Assembly (NCBI GenBank): GCA_023251675.1
Contig: JAHEYJ010000001.1
Location: 1,671-65,670, forward strand
Origin: Bacteroidota bacterium
GTDB lineage: Bacteria; Bacteroidota; Bacteroidia; Palsa-948
Length of the DNA stretch: 64,000 nt
Reading direction: 5' to 3'
A program made the position numbers and the translations under genes. The notes below the pieces were generated by a model. The model made no database searches. It was not told the origin of the DNA and saw only the letters and a list, made by a program, of their open reading frames with translations. Positions 36,518-46,450 of this stretch are shown piece after piece. Numbering within the stretch: position 1 is the stretch's first letter; each line of letters starts with the position of its first letter.

Positions 36518-37663
36518 ATGACGACCGCAACCACATCAATAAACAAATTGGAAGAACTTCACAAGAACAGCGCTCCGGATTTTCTTCCGCTGAAAGGAAC
36601 CGATTATATAGAATTTTATGTAGGCAACGCAAAACAATCCGCTTACTATTATCAATCCGCCCGGGGCTATGAACTGGTAGCCTACGCCGGTCTTGAAACA
36701 GGCGTTAAAGACCGCGCCTCGTATGTGCTTCAGCAGGGAAAGATCCGGCTGGTGCTGACCACTTCCCTGGATCCCGACAGCGAGATCACCAAACACGTTG
36801 CACGTCACGGAGATGGCGTGAAAGTGCTGGCACTTTGGGTGGATGATGCTGAAAAAGCATACAGCGAAACTGTAAAACGAGGAGCAAGATCTTTTTCTAA
36901 GCCGCAGACATTGAAAGATGAGTTCGGTGAAGTAAAGGTGGCTTCCATTTATACCTACGGAGAAACGCTGCATACGTTTGTGGAAAGAAAAAATTATAAG
37001 GGGGCCTTCCTTCCGGGATACAAACCGGCAAAATCACTTCTCAAAACGACTCCGGTCGGATTAAAAGTAGTGGATCATTGCGTGGGCAATGTGGAGTTGG
37101 GAAAAATGAATGAGTGGGTGAAATTTTACGAAGAGGTGATGGGATTTAAATTACTTCTGACTTTTGACGATAAGGATATTTCCACGGAATATACCGCGCT
37201 GATGAGCAAAGTGGTCAGCAACGGGAACGGGTATGTCAAATTCCCCATCAACGAACCGGCGAAAGGAAAAAAGAAATCACAGATCGACGAGTACCTTGAG
37301 TTCTACAACGGCGCCGGATGCCAGCACATTGCCGTTCTGACCGACGACATCATCACAACCGTGACCGAACTTCGCAAACGCGGTGTTGATTTTCTTTATG
37401 TGCCCGACACGTATTATGACGACCTGCAGCAGCGCGTTGGAAAGATCGATGAGAACATTGAACAGATAAAAAAACTGAACATCCTTGTTGACCGGGATGA
37501 AGAAGGATACCTGCTCCAGCTTTTTACCAAGCCGGTAGAAGACCGGCCGACGGTTTTCTTTGAGGTCATCCAGCGCAAGGGAGCAAAAAGTTTCGGCAAG
37601 GGAAATTTCAAAGCGTTGTTTGAATCGATCGAACGGGAACAGGAACAGAGAGGGACCTTATAA
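36518..37663 (+). CDS. hppD: 4-hydroxyphenylpyruvate dioxygenase
   Basis: Start at MTTATTSINK preferred over the upstream ATG. Two vicinal-oxygen-chelate modules. C-terminal FEVIQRKG…GNFKALFESIE signature. Confidence 0.9.
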   Translation: MTTATTSINKLEELHKNSAPDFLPLKGTDYIEFYVGNAKQSAYYYQSARGYELVAYAGLETGVKDRASYVLQQGKIRLVLTTSLDPDSEITKHVARHGDGVKVLALWVDDAEKAYSETVKRGARSFSKPQTLKDEFGEVKVASIYTYGETLHTFVERKNYKGAFLPGYKPAKSLLKTTPVGLKVVDHCVGNVELGKMNEWVKFYEEVMGFKLLLTFDDKDISTEYTALMSKVVSNGNGYVKFPINEPAKGKKKSQIDEYLEFYNGAGCQHIAVLTDDIITTVTELRKRGVDFLYVPDTYYDDLQQRVGKIDENIEQIKKLNILVDRDEEGYLLQLFTKPVEDRPTVFFEVIQRKGAKSFGKGNFKALFESIEREQEQRGTL

Positions 37664-37735
37664 AACAAAAATGCGGATTCCGGGTTGCGGATTAAATCCG
37701 TAATTTTGTCAATTCGAAATCCGAAATCCTGAAAA

Positions 37736-38308
37736 ATGCACGCAGCACAGAACTACATCTATATTTTATTTGCGGTCCTGTATATTATATACAGTCTCGT
37801 CAAGGCAGTAAAAAAGAATGCGAAACACCCGCCTGTTTCTTCTTCTAATCCTCCGGCGCAGAAAAAAGATGAATACAAACCGGTGCAGCCTCCTGTTTCT
37901 TCCCCCGCTCCTGATCCCGGAGAGGATATCAGGAAAATGCTGGAACAGGTATTGGGCAGAAACCAGGAAAGTAAAGCCCCGGAAAAAAAAACAGTTGCCT
38001 CCAAACAACATACAGGTCAGCTGAAAACACCTCCCAAATTGACACGGCAGCAGTGGGCAACCAAAGAGACTCCGACTTCCCGCGACGATGAAAAAAAATC
38101 GTTCCATAAAGACAGAAAGGAGAAAGCGGACCTGGCACACAAAACGGAGATGCATCATCGATCCGAAAGGACCTTTCTTTCCGGCGAACAGGTTCTTCCC
38201 AAAAAAGTTTTTTCAGAAATGGCCATTGCTGACGAAGAGACCGCTGTTGATTTTGATTTCCGGCAGGCGGTGATTTATTCTGAAATTCTGAAACGGCCTC
38301 AGTACTGA
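37736..38308 (+). CDS. hypothetical Pro-rich membrane-anchored protein
   Basis: 190 aa. One N-terminal TM. Low-complexity P/S/K-rich region. Confidence 0.4.
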   Translation: MHAAQNYIYILFAVLYIIYSLVKAVKKNAKHPPVSSSNPPAQKKDEYKPVQPPVSSPAPDPGEDIRKMLEQVLGRNQESKAPEKKTVASKQHTGQLKTPPKLTRQQWATKETPTSRDDEKKSFHKDRKEKADLAHKTEMHHRSERTFLSGEQVLPKKVFSEMAIADEETAVDFDFRQAVIYSEILKRPQY

Positions 38309-38337
38309 AATGGCGGAGAAACTTTTTAACTTCGCTT

Positions 38338-41300
38338 ATGCTTTCCAAACGATTTGTATTTCTTTTTGGCATTTGCATTCTGCATTCTGCATTCTGCATT
38401 CTGAATTGTTTTTCCCAATCCTATAATTTCAAGAACTATTCTGTCGGGCAGGGGCTTCCGTTTGTGCAGGTCTATGCCATTTACCAGGACAGCAAAGGTA
38501 ATTTGTGGACGGGCGGTTACGGCGGGCTCAGCCGGTTCGATGGAAAAACGTTCACCAACTATACGCCTAAGAATGGTTTGGCTGATCACTGGGTAACCTC
38601 CATTGCTGAAGATGCACAGGGAAATATATGGATCGGAACCATCAGCGGCCTTACCCGGTATGACGGAAAAACCTTTTCAACGTTTACCAAATCGCATGGG
38701 CTGGCAGGCGATTACATCAACTCACTGACACGGGATAAAAACGGAAACCTTTGGATCGCAACCACTGAAGGCATTACCATTTACGATGGAAAAACGTTTT
38801 CTTCCATCAAAAAGAAAAACGGATTAGCCGCCGATAATGTTTCCCTGATCTATGCCGATAAGAATGGGAATATCTGGATGAATACAGCAAGCGGAGTCGG
38901 CAAGATCGTTTTCACAAATAAAAACCCGCAGGACCGTTCGTTTGATAATTACACCATCATGAACAGTGTGTATGATTCTTCCATCACTTCCATCACTGAA
39001 GATGGAATTGGAAATATCTGGTTCGGGACAAACAGCGGCGCTGTAAAATACGACGGGGTGAATTTCAAAACCTATACTTCCAAAAACGGTTTGCTGGATA
39101 ATTCCATCCAGGCCGTGATGAAAAGCGAAAATAATAATGAGATCTGGATCGGAACCGGCAAAGGGCTGAATAAGATCTCTGAAAACGGTGTGGTGGAATC
39201 GTACCGGGTGAGCGAAACACAGAACGGAAATAAGATCGGTAAACTTTATAAAGATACGGAGGGAAACCTATGGCTCGGAACGTCCAACGGACTGTATCGT
39301 TTCCGCGATCCTTCGTTTGCAACCTATTCGGATAAAGACGGACTGCTGAACCCCTTCGTGTTCCCGATCTTCCGCGATCATAAAAAAAATCTTTGGGTGG
39401 GTACGCTGGAGAATGGATTTTACAAATACGATAACAGGGAATTTAAAAGCTTTACAGAAAAAGACGGGCTCATCGGAACAGAAATGTATTCGGGCATGGA
39501 AGATAAGGATGGATTTATTTTAATGGGAACCAATAAAGGATTATCGGTTTATAACGGGAATGGTTTCAAAAATTTTCACGGAAAAAAAGACGGGCTTCGC
39601 GGCGATTCGGTTACCGCCGTTATCCAGGACCGGAAAGGAAGGATCTGGCTGGGCGGAAATAAAGGCGGAACGATCTGGAACGGCAGCCGCTTCCGCACGT
39701 TTGATCTTCAATCGGATGCAGGCAACTTTGACGTATGGTATTTATTTGAAGACAGCAAAGGATCTATCTGGATGGGAACTTATCTGGGCGGCATTTTCCG
39801 GTACAACCCGAAGAACGATATGGGATCCACGGAAAAGGCCATTGAAGACATGACCAAAAAACTTAACCTGAAAAGTAAAACGTATTTTTCGATTTGCGAG
39901 GACAGGGATGGAATCATATACATGGGAAGTTTTGACGGCCTGTATATTTACAATCCATCAACAGAAAAAGTTTCTACTATAACAGAAAAAAACGGATTGA
40001 GCTGCGATCTGATTTATGTCATGGCCTTTGATTCAGCCTACGAGAACTTATATATCGGTACGAACCAGGGCGTAAACAAATTCAATGCAACGGAATTTAA
40101 CCGTACCGGAAAAATCATCCTGAAACAATACGGCATTGAAGAAGGGTTCAGCAGCCTGGAAACCAACTCGAACGGGGTCTGGCGTGATATGGACGGAACA
40201 TTCTGGTTCGGCACGGTGAACGGGCTCATTCATTTCAATCCCTATCTCGTTCCGCACAATTCTACAGAAGCAAAGGTCAGTATTAAAAATATCCGGATCT
40301 TTTATAACGATACCGTTCTTTCCGATAACGCGGAGCTTCCTTATTACCTCAATAATATTTCCTTTGAATACATCGGCATCTGTCTCACGAATCCGGAAAA
40401 AGTACGGTACAAGTATATGCTTCAGGGACTGGATAAGATGTGGTCGCCGGAAACACAGGAAACCAGCGTCCACTTTCCCAATCTTCAGCCGGGCAAATAT
40501 GTTTTTAAAATAATGGCCTGCAACAACGAAGGCGTATGGAGCAAAGAACCGGTGACTTTTTCATTTACGATCACACCGCCGGTCTGGAAGACCTGGTGGT
40601 TCAGGATCTCCATGAGCATTTCTCTTATTATCCTGATTGGGATTTTTATTCGGGTGCGGGTAGATGCAATACGAAAGAAGGAGGCGGAAAAACTTTCGCA
40701 TGAGATCGAGCTGGCCAATAACGAGCTCAAAGCACTTCGGGCGCAGATGGATCCTCATTTCATTTTCAATTCACTTACTTCCATCCAGAGTTTCATTATG
40801 GCAAAAGACGAAGAGTCGGCGCTTCGCTACCTGAACAAATTTGCCAAGCTCATGCGCATGATTCTTTCCAACAGTGAAAAATCATCCATCACCCTTCGTG
40901 AAGAACTGGACTCCCTGAAACTTTACCTTGAACTGGAAAGGCTTAGATGGGACAACAAGTTCGATTATTTCGTGGAGATCGATGACAGCGTTGAAATGGA
41001 TGATCACAAGATCCCGACGATGCTGATTCAGCCTTATGTAGAGAATGCCGTTCTGCACGGAGTGGTCCCTAAAACCAACGGCAAGGGAAGGATCGATATT
41101 CGCCTGTCTCAAACGGATAAACATATAATATGTACGATCCTGGACAATGGAATCGGCAGAAAAAGATCGCAGGAGTTGCGCACCGATTCCAACAAGTCGC
41201 TTCATGAATCTATGGGAATGAAAATTACCAGTGAGCGGCTCGAAGTATTGAATAAAATGCATCGGTCAGAACTAAGCGCCAAAATCATGGACCTGTATGA

Positions 41301-41352
41301 TGAAAAAGGAGAAGCCACGGGAACAAAAGTGGAAATATTCATTCCGATTTAA
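38338..41352 (+). CDS. LytS-type sensor histidine kinase with periplasmic two-component-regulator propeller repeats and Y_Y_Y domain
   Basis: 1004 aa. Propeller repeats, TM, His_kinase (…DPHFIFNSL…) and HATPase_c (NAVLHG…). The signal peptide is encoded by (GCATTCT)x4. Confidence 0.85.
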   Translation: MLSKRFVFLFGICILHSAFCILNCFSQSYNFKNYSVGQGLPFVQVYAIYQDSKGNLWTGGYGGLSRFDGKTFTNYTPKNGLADHWVTSIAEDAQGNIWIGTISGLTRYDGKTFSTFTKSHGLAGDYINSLTRDKNGNLWIATTEGITIYDGKTFSSIKKKNGLAADNVSLIYADKNGNIWMNTASGVGKIVFTNKNPQDRSFDNYTIMNSVYDSSITSITEDGIGNIWFGTNSGAVKYDGVNFKTYTSKNGLLDNSIQAVMKSENNNEIWIGTGKGLNKISENGVVESYRVSETQNGNKIGKLYKDTEGNLWLGTSNGLYRFRDPSFATYSDKDGLLNPFVFPIFRDHKKNLWVGTLENGFYKYDNREFKSFTEKDGLIGTEMYSGMEDKDGFILMGTNKGLSVYNGNGFKNFHGKKDGLRGDSVTAVIQDRKGRIWLGGNKGGTIWNGSRFRTFDLQSDAGNFDVWYLFEDSKGSIWMGTYLGGIFRYNPKNDMGSTEKAIEDMTKKLNLKSKTYFSICEDRDGIIYMGSFDGLYIYNPSTEKVSTITEKNGLSCDLIYVMAFDSAYENLYIGTNQGVNKFNATEFNRTGKIILKQYGIEEGFSSLETNSNGVWRDMDGTFWFGTVNGLIHFNPYLVPHNSTEAKVSIKNIRIFYNDTVLSDNAELPYYLNNISFEYIGICLTNPEKVRYKYMLQGLDKMWSPETQETSVHFPNLQPGKYVFKIMACNNEGVWSKEPVTFSFTITPPVWKTWWFRISMSISLIILIGIFIRVRVDAIRKKEAEKLSHEIELANNELKALRAQMDPHFIFNSLTSIQSFIMAKDEESALRYLNKFAKLMRMILSNSEKSSITLREELDSLKLYLELERLRWDNKFDYFVEIDDSVEMDDHKIPTMLIQPYVENAVLHGVVPKTNGKGRIDIRLSQTDKHIICTILDNGIGRKRSQELRTDSNKSLHESMGMKITSERLEVLNKMHRSELSAKIMDLYDEKGEATGTKVEIFIPI
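38375..38402. repeat. (GCATTCT)x4 perfect heptanucleotide tandem repeat in the signal-peptide codons of the sensor kinase
   Basis: Direct observation. Encodes ILHSAFCILHSAFCILN. Confidence 0.85.
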
Positions 41353-41374
41353 ATGCTATTAGTAAATTCGTAAA

Positions 41375-42118
41375 ATGATAAAGACCGTAATCATCGAAGA
41401 TGAAAAAAAAAGCAGCGATGCGCTTTTGCACCTTCTTCAGAAAAACTGTCCGGATATTAGCGTGGCCGGTGTTGCTGCCAGTGTGAAAGAAGGGATCGAA
41501 ACGGCGAAGAACCTGAGGCCCGAACTTATTTTCCTGGATGTGATGATGCCCGATGGAAGTGGATTCGATGTGCTGGAGAAATTATCCGATCTGAAATTCG
41601 ACCTGATCTTTACCACTGCATCTGAAAAATTTGCCGTGAAGGCGATCAAATACAGTGCGCTGGACTATCTCCTTAAGCCGATCGATGCCGAAGAACTCAA
41701 GCTGGCCGTTAAAAAAGTAGCGGACCGGAAAAGCAACACGTCTTCAGAAAAAAATCTGGCATCGCTTCTCGAGAACATTAAAAAGAGCGATGAGCAATAC
41801 AGCAAGATCACACTGCCAACCGGCAACGCCTATGAAGTGGTGCAGGTGAAAGACATTATCCGCTGCGAAGCCAACGATAACTACACGAACATTTACATGG
41901 TGGGCGGAAAAAAATTCCTCGTTTCCGGAACGTTGAAACATTATGAAGAACTTTTGCCGGAAAAGGATTTCGTCCGGGTACACCATTCCCACCTTATCAA
42001 TATGATCCACATGCTGCGCTTTCTTAAGGAAGACGGCGGTTATGCGGTAATGAGCGACGGAAGCAAAGTGGAGATCTCCCGCCGGAAAAAGGAAGATTTC
42101 CTGAAGCGCCTGAAATAA
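41375..42118 (+). CDS. LytTR-family response regulator
   Basis: 247 aa. Receiver domain (…FLDVMMPDGSGFD…) plus C-terminal LytTR DNA-binding domain. Confidence 0.9.
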   Translation: MIKTVIIEDEKKSSDALLHLLQKNCPDISVAGVAASVKEGIETAKNLRPELIFLDVMMPDGSGFDVLEKLSDLKFDLIFTTASEKFAVKAIKYSALDYLLKPIDAEELKLAVKKVADRKSNTSSEKNLASLLENIKKSDEQYSKITLPTGNAYEVVQVKDIIRCEANDNYTNIYMVGGKKFLVSGTLKHYEELLPEKDFVRVHHSHLINMIHMLRFLKEDGGYAVMSDGSKVEISRRKKEDFLKRLK

Positions 42119-42153
42119 TTTCCTGCTGAAACCAGCCACTTCCTCATTGGTGT

Positions 42154-42168
42154 CCGCCACTTACTAAA
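42154..42168 (+). promoter_or_regulatory. CCGCCACTTACTAAA motif (copy 1) downstream of the LytTR regulator gene
   Basis: Identical 15-mer recurs at 42354. Confidence 0.4.
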
Positions 42169-42353
42169 TGGAGCACCTGTTTGATTTTTTAATGGCGTAA
42201 GTTTGGGCAAAAGAAAATTTACGCTCAATGAATTTAATCTTACATCATGATTAAAAATTTTTACGCAGCCAATTTTACCGCCTCGCCCTCTTTTCTGTCC
42301 CCTGCCGGATTAACAACCGGCCCCGGTTGTAATTTTTTTGCAGGCAGCACGAT

Positions 42354-42389
42354 CCGCCACTTACTAAAAAAATACAACCACTTACTAAT
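42354..42389 (+). promoter_or_regulatory. two direct CCACTTACTAA repeats with a 21-bp period (LytTR-type operator architecture) upstream of the TonB-dependent receptor gene
   Basis: CCGCCACTTACTAAA at 42354 and CAACCACTTACTAAT at 42375. The 21-bp periodicity equals the 9+12 bp spacing typical of LytTR sites. Confidence 0.45.
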
Positions 42390-42685
42390 TCGCAGGGACG
42401 GATTTTTAAGTTCAAACCTTATTTTTTCGGATAGGAAAAGTTTTTTGAATATTATCCAAAAATGCTTTAAAAATTATTTGGCGAGGACATTTATTTATTT
42501 ATACATTTGTCCGCTCTTTTTATTAAACGCTTTCTCCATTTTCAGGCTCATGAACGGGAAAGCAAAACATTTTTTAGGATTGAAATTGAATCGCCCGATA
42601 TTCAGTGCATCTATTCTCTATAGGGAAACGCATGAGGTTCCCTTTAAAACAATTTTCAGAAATCAAACTTTAAACACTTAAGAAT

Positions 42686-45600
42686 ATGCTTAAGAAAATC
42701 TATGCTGTCTTATTAATGGCTTTAACTGCCGGAACAGTAGCCATCGCTCAATCAGGGGCCCTCAAAGGAAAAGTGGTGGATGAGACCAATGGGGAAGGGA
42801 TCTCCTTTGCCAATGTTCAGCTTGAACAGGAAGGCAATGCCGTTGCAAAAACGGTAGCTGACATAGATGGGAACTTTACCATTAAGCCGATTGCTCCGGG
42901 TAAGTACGATCTGAAAGCCGGCACCGTAGGTTTTCAGCCGCTGATCATAAAGGGTGTGATCATTGGAGGTGATAAAACCACTTACCAGGACCTGAAAATG
43001 AAATCCACGGCGGTTGAAATGACCACTTTTGAAGTAGTTGAATACACAGAACCGCTGATCGATCCGGATACGAAAACGGGCGGAACCGTTACCCGTGAAG
43101 AGTTCCAGGCAATGCCTTCAAAGAACATTAATTCAGTTGCTTCCACTACTGCTGGTGTTTTCCAGCAGGATGAAGGAGATGCAATCAGCATCAGGGGATC
43201 CCGTAAAAACGAATCGAATGGTGAAAAAGGTGCTGTGGATTATTATATTGACGGCGAAAAGGTGCGTGGTGCATCTGCCGGACTTCCGCAATCCAGTATT
43301 GAACAGATCTCGGTTATTACCGGCGGTGTGCCGGCCCAATACGGTGACGCAACGGGTGGAATTATCAATATTACAACAAGGGGTGGCGTGCGTAATGATT
43401 ATTACGGAGGAGTGGAATTGATTTCTTCCCAGCTTACGGATGCCTATGACTACAATTTTGCCGGATTCAATGTGGGCGGACCTATTGTTGTCAAGAAAGA
43501 CAGTTCAGGCAACCGGCAGGGAAAAGTAGGATTCAACATTTCCGGGGAAGTTTCTACAGAAAAAGATCCGGATCCATCTGCCGTAGGGATTTACAAAGTG
43601 AAGGATGAAAAAATGGCTTCGCTGGAAAAAGAACCGCTTGCTGCTTCTGAAACAGGCGGCGGAACGCTTTTAAATGCCGAATTGCTTCACATGTCCGATC
43701 TTGAAAAGATAAAAGCGCGTCAGAATGTTAAAAGTAATTTCTTTCGCCTTAACGGGAAAATTGATATCAAAGCTACCGAGAATATTACATTTACGCTGGG
43801 CGGATCAATGGAATACAACCGGTACCATGAATTTTCTTACGAGTATGCCCTTCTTAATTCCGCCAACAATGCGGAGTATATTAAAAACACAATGAGGGTG
43901 TATGGAAGAATTTCCCATAAACTCGGGCATCAAAAGAATTCTAAAGACGATAAAACCACATCGTTGTTCAGCAACCCCTATTATACTTTACAGGTAGGGT
44001 ATTCAAAAAATAAAAATATCAGGCAGGACGATACGCACCAGGACAAAGTTTTTGATTACGGTTATATTGGAAAATTTGAAACTGAAAAAGCCCCCTCTTT
44101 TGCAGCCGTAGTAGATACCGCTGGAAACACGCTATATTATAACCAGATCGCAACTTCTGACACCCAGGTGGTTTTCACTGCCGGTACACAAAACGAGCTT
44201 GCTGCCAATTACACCAGCCAGTATTATGACCTGGTTTCCGGAGATCCAAATACCCTTTCAGACATTCAGGCCGGTTACGGCCTTTTGAATGGTGACCGCC
44301 CAAGATCGGTTTACTCTATCTGGTACAATACAGGAAGACAGTATAATAATTATTATACCCAGGATTTAACGCAGCTGCGGGTATCGGGGCAGTTTTCTAC
44401 AGATATAAAAAACCATGCTTTGCAGCTGGGATTTGAATATGAAAAACGGGATGACCGTTATTGGTCAGTCAACCCGATCGGGTTGTGGACGGTGATGCGC
44501 CAGCTTGCAAACAAGCATATCACACAGCTGGATCTTAATGACTCTACACTCTATGCCGGTCCTTTTAATTCCAGCATGAATCCGGCTTTCAATTATTATG
44601 TCCATCCGTATAAAGTAGCAACTGATCAACAATCACAATTTGACAAATCATTCCGTGCGCAGGAAAATATTGCGGACAATGTCTGGATCGATATTGACTC
44701 GTATGATCCTTCAAAATTCAGCCTCAGTATGTTCAGTCCTCAGGAATTACTGGATAACACGTTGGTTTCTTATTATGGCTATTCCTATGACGGAAAGAAA
44801 CTCGGCAAAACAGCTTATGATGTTGCTTCTTTGGAAAATTTTTACAGGGCCAAAGATGCGAATGGAAATTATTCTCGTATTGTTCCTTCCTTTCAGCCGG
44901 TTTACATGTCCGGCTACATCCAGGATAAATTTGATATAAAAGACATGAAGTTCAATATCGGGCTTCGTATCGATCACTTTGATGCTAAACAACCGGTGTT
45001 GAGTGACCCTTATCTTTTGAATGAAGCAAAAACAGTTGCAGATGTTCCCGGAAGCAGAAATCCGAATCACAGCCACCCGACGAACATACCAACTACTGCT
45101 GTCGTTTATGTGGAAGACGCTACCAATCCTAACTCATCTATTCTTGGCTATCGTGACGGCGACAAATGGTATAATGCTTTGGGGGTTCTGATCTCTGATC
45201 CTGTTTCAATCACCCCTTCATCAGGTACCATTCAGCCTGCACTCGTTTACCCGAAAGAAAAAGCATTGCTGGATTCTTCTGCTGCAGATAAAGTATTTAA
45301 AATGTATGATGCGCAGAATACCTTTATGCCGCGTATCGCATTTGCATTCCCGATCTCCGGTAATGCAAACTTCTTTGCCCATTATGATGTGCTCACGCAG
45401 CGGCCTCCCAATTACCTTCGGCTTATTCCTACCGATTACTTGTATATTCAAACCGTTGGATCGATAATAAATAATCCTGCACTTAAACCGGAACGCACGA
45501 CCGATTACGAAGTAGGTTTCAGCCAGGTTCTCAATGAAAGAAAAAATTCTTCACTTACCATTTCCGCCTTTTACAGGGAGATGCGTGATATGATCCAGGA

Positions 45601-46420
45601 AATTAATCGTTATGGCGCTTATCCTATTAAATACATCACATTTGGCAATATAGATTTTGGAACAGTAAAAGGATTTTCAGTTGCCTATGACCTTCGCAGA
45701 ACCGGAAATGTTCAAATGACCGCATCTTATACACTACAGTTTGCTGAAGGTACCGGATCGGCAGCTACATCGGGCGCCAATATCATTTCAGCAGTTGGCC
45801 AGACCAATCTCCGGACCACCATGCCGCTTGATTTTGACCAGCGTCATGCCATCGTGTTAAATACCGATTATCGTTTTGGTTCAGGAAAAGATTACTCCGG
45901 CCCGCAGGCATCCTGGGCAAAGATGATCTTTGAGAATCTTGGTGGAAATCTGGTGATGCGTGTAGGAAGCGGCTTGCCATACAGCCGTCAGAAAAACGTT
46001 ACTTCCGGTAACGGAGATAATTCCAGCGCAGTGGTATTTGGTATCAACCAGCGCACTTCGCTTAAAGGAAAACTTAACGGATCTAACCTGCCATGGCAAT
46101 ACCGCATGGATCTTCGTGTAGACAAAAACATAACGCTTGTTTGGAAGAAAGGAGAAGGAGAAGATAAAGGCAAAACATCCAACCTGAATGTTTATGTCCA
46201 GGTGTTGAATGTCCTGAATACAAAGAACGTGATCAATCTGTACCGTTACACAGGAGATCCAAGTGATGACGGCTACCTCCAGGCTCCTGAAAACGCAGCC
46301 CTTACAACAGGTGCTGTTGATCCGCAATCGTATGTGGATATGTACACAGCCAAAATCGAGAACCCGTCTCATTTCAGTATTCCCAGAAGGATACGTTTAG
46401 GTATAGCGCTTGACTTTTAA
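42686..46420 (+). CDS. TonB-dependent outer-membrane receptor (carboxypeptidase-regulatory-like N-terminal domain + plug + barrel)
   Basis: 1244 aa. Signal peptide. CarbopepD_reg-like N-terminus. Plug motifs. C-terminal aromatic barrel terminus …GIALDF. Confidence 0.85.
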   Translation: MLKKIYAVLLMALTAGTVAIAQSGALKGKVVDETNGEGISFANVQLEQEGNAVAKTVADIDGNFTIKPIAPGKYDLKAGTVGFQPLIIKGVIIGGDKTTYQDLKMKSTAVEMTTFEVVEYTEPLIDPDTKTGGTVTREEFQAMPSKNINSVASTTAGVFQQDEGDAISIRGSRKNESNGEKGAVDYYIDGEKVRGASAGLPQSSIEQISVITGGVPAQYGDATGGIINITTRGGVRNDYYGGVELISSQLTDAYDYNFAGFNVGGPIVVKKDSSGNRQGKVGFNISGEVSTEKDPDPSAVGIYKVKDEKMASLEKEPLAASETGGGTLLNAELLHMSDLEKIKARQNVKSNFFRLNGKIDIKATENITFTLGGSMEYNRYHEFSYEYALLNSANNAEYIKNTMRVYGRISHKLGHQKNSKDDKTTSLFSNPYYTLQVGYSKNKNIRQDDTHQDKVFDYGYIGKFETEKAPSFAAVVDTAGNTLYYNQIATSDTQVVFTAGTQNELAANYTSQYYDLVSGDPNTLSDIQAGYGLLNGDRPRSVYSIWYNTGRQYNNYYTQDLTQLRVSGQFSTDIKNHALQLGFEYEKRDDRYWSVNPIGLWTVMRQLANKHITQLDLNDSTLYAGPFNSSMNPAFNYYVHPYKVATDQQSQFDKSFRAQENIADNVWIDIDSYDPSKFSLSMFSPQELLDNTLVSYYGYSYDGKKLGKTAYDVASLENFYRAKDANGNYSRIVPSFQPVYMSGYIQDKFDIKDMKFNIGLRIDHFDAKQPVLSDPYLLNEAKTVADVPGSRNPNHSHPTNIPTTAVVYVEDATNPNSSILGYRDGDKWYNALGVLISDPVSITPSSGTIQPALVYPKEKALLDSSAADKVFKMYDAQNTFMPRIAFAFPISGNANFFAHYDVLTQRPPNYLRLIPTDYLYIQTVGSIINNPALKPERTTDYEVGFSQVLNERKNSSLTISAFYREMRDMIQEINRYGAYPIKYITFGNIDFGTVKGFSVAYDLRRTGNVQMTASYTLQFAEGTGSAATSGANIISAVGQTNLRTTMPLDFDQRHAIVLNTDYRFGSGKDYSGPQASWAKMIFENLGGNLVMRVGSGLPYSRQKNVTSGNGDNSSAVVFGINQRTSLKGKLNGSNLPWQYRMDLRVDKNITLVWKKGEGEDKGKTSNLNVYVQVLNVLNTKNVINLYRYTGDPSDDGYLQAPENAALTTGAVDPQSYVDMYTAKIENPSHFSIPRRIRLGIALDF

Positions 46421-46450
46421 CCATTAATTTCATTCGAAGAAACATATCAA

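Noticed and set aside
37664-37735. Possible terminator hairpin after hppD (GCGGATT…AATCCG)
   Set aside because: The stem is only ~5-6 bp with mismatches and a weak T-tract. It is not convincing enough to call.
37759-38589. Minus-strand ORFs MQNAECRMQ… (38326-38589, 37929-38399)
   Set aside because: They are generated by the (GCATTCT)n repeat and overlap real + strand genes (the Pro-rich protein and the sensor kinase). They are not credible genes.
42247-42681. 144-aa ORF between the LytTR regulator and the TonB-dependent receptor
   Set aside because: It lies in a promoter/operator region with direct repeats. It is low-complexity with no recognisable domain or leader, and is most likely non-coding.
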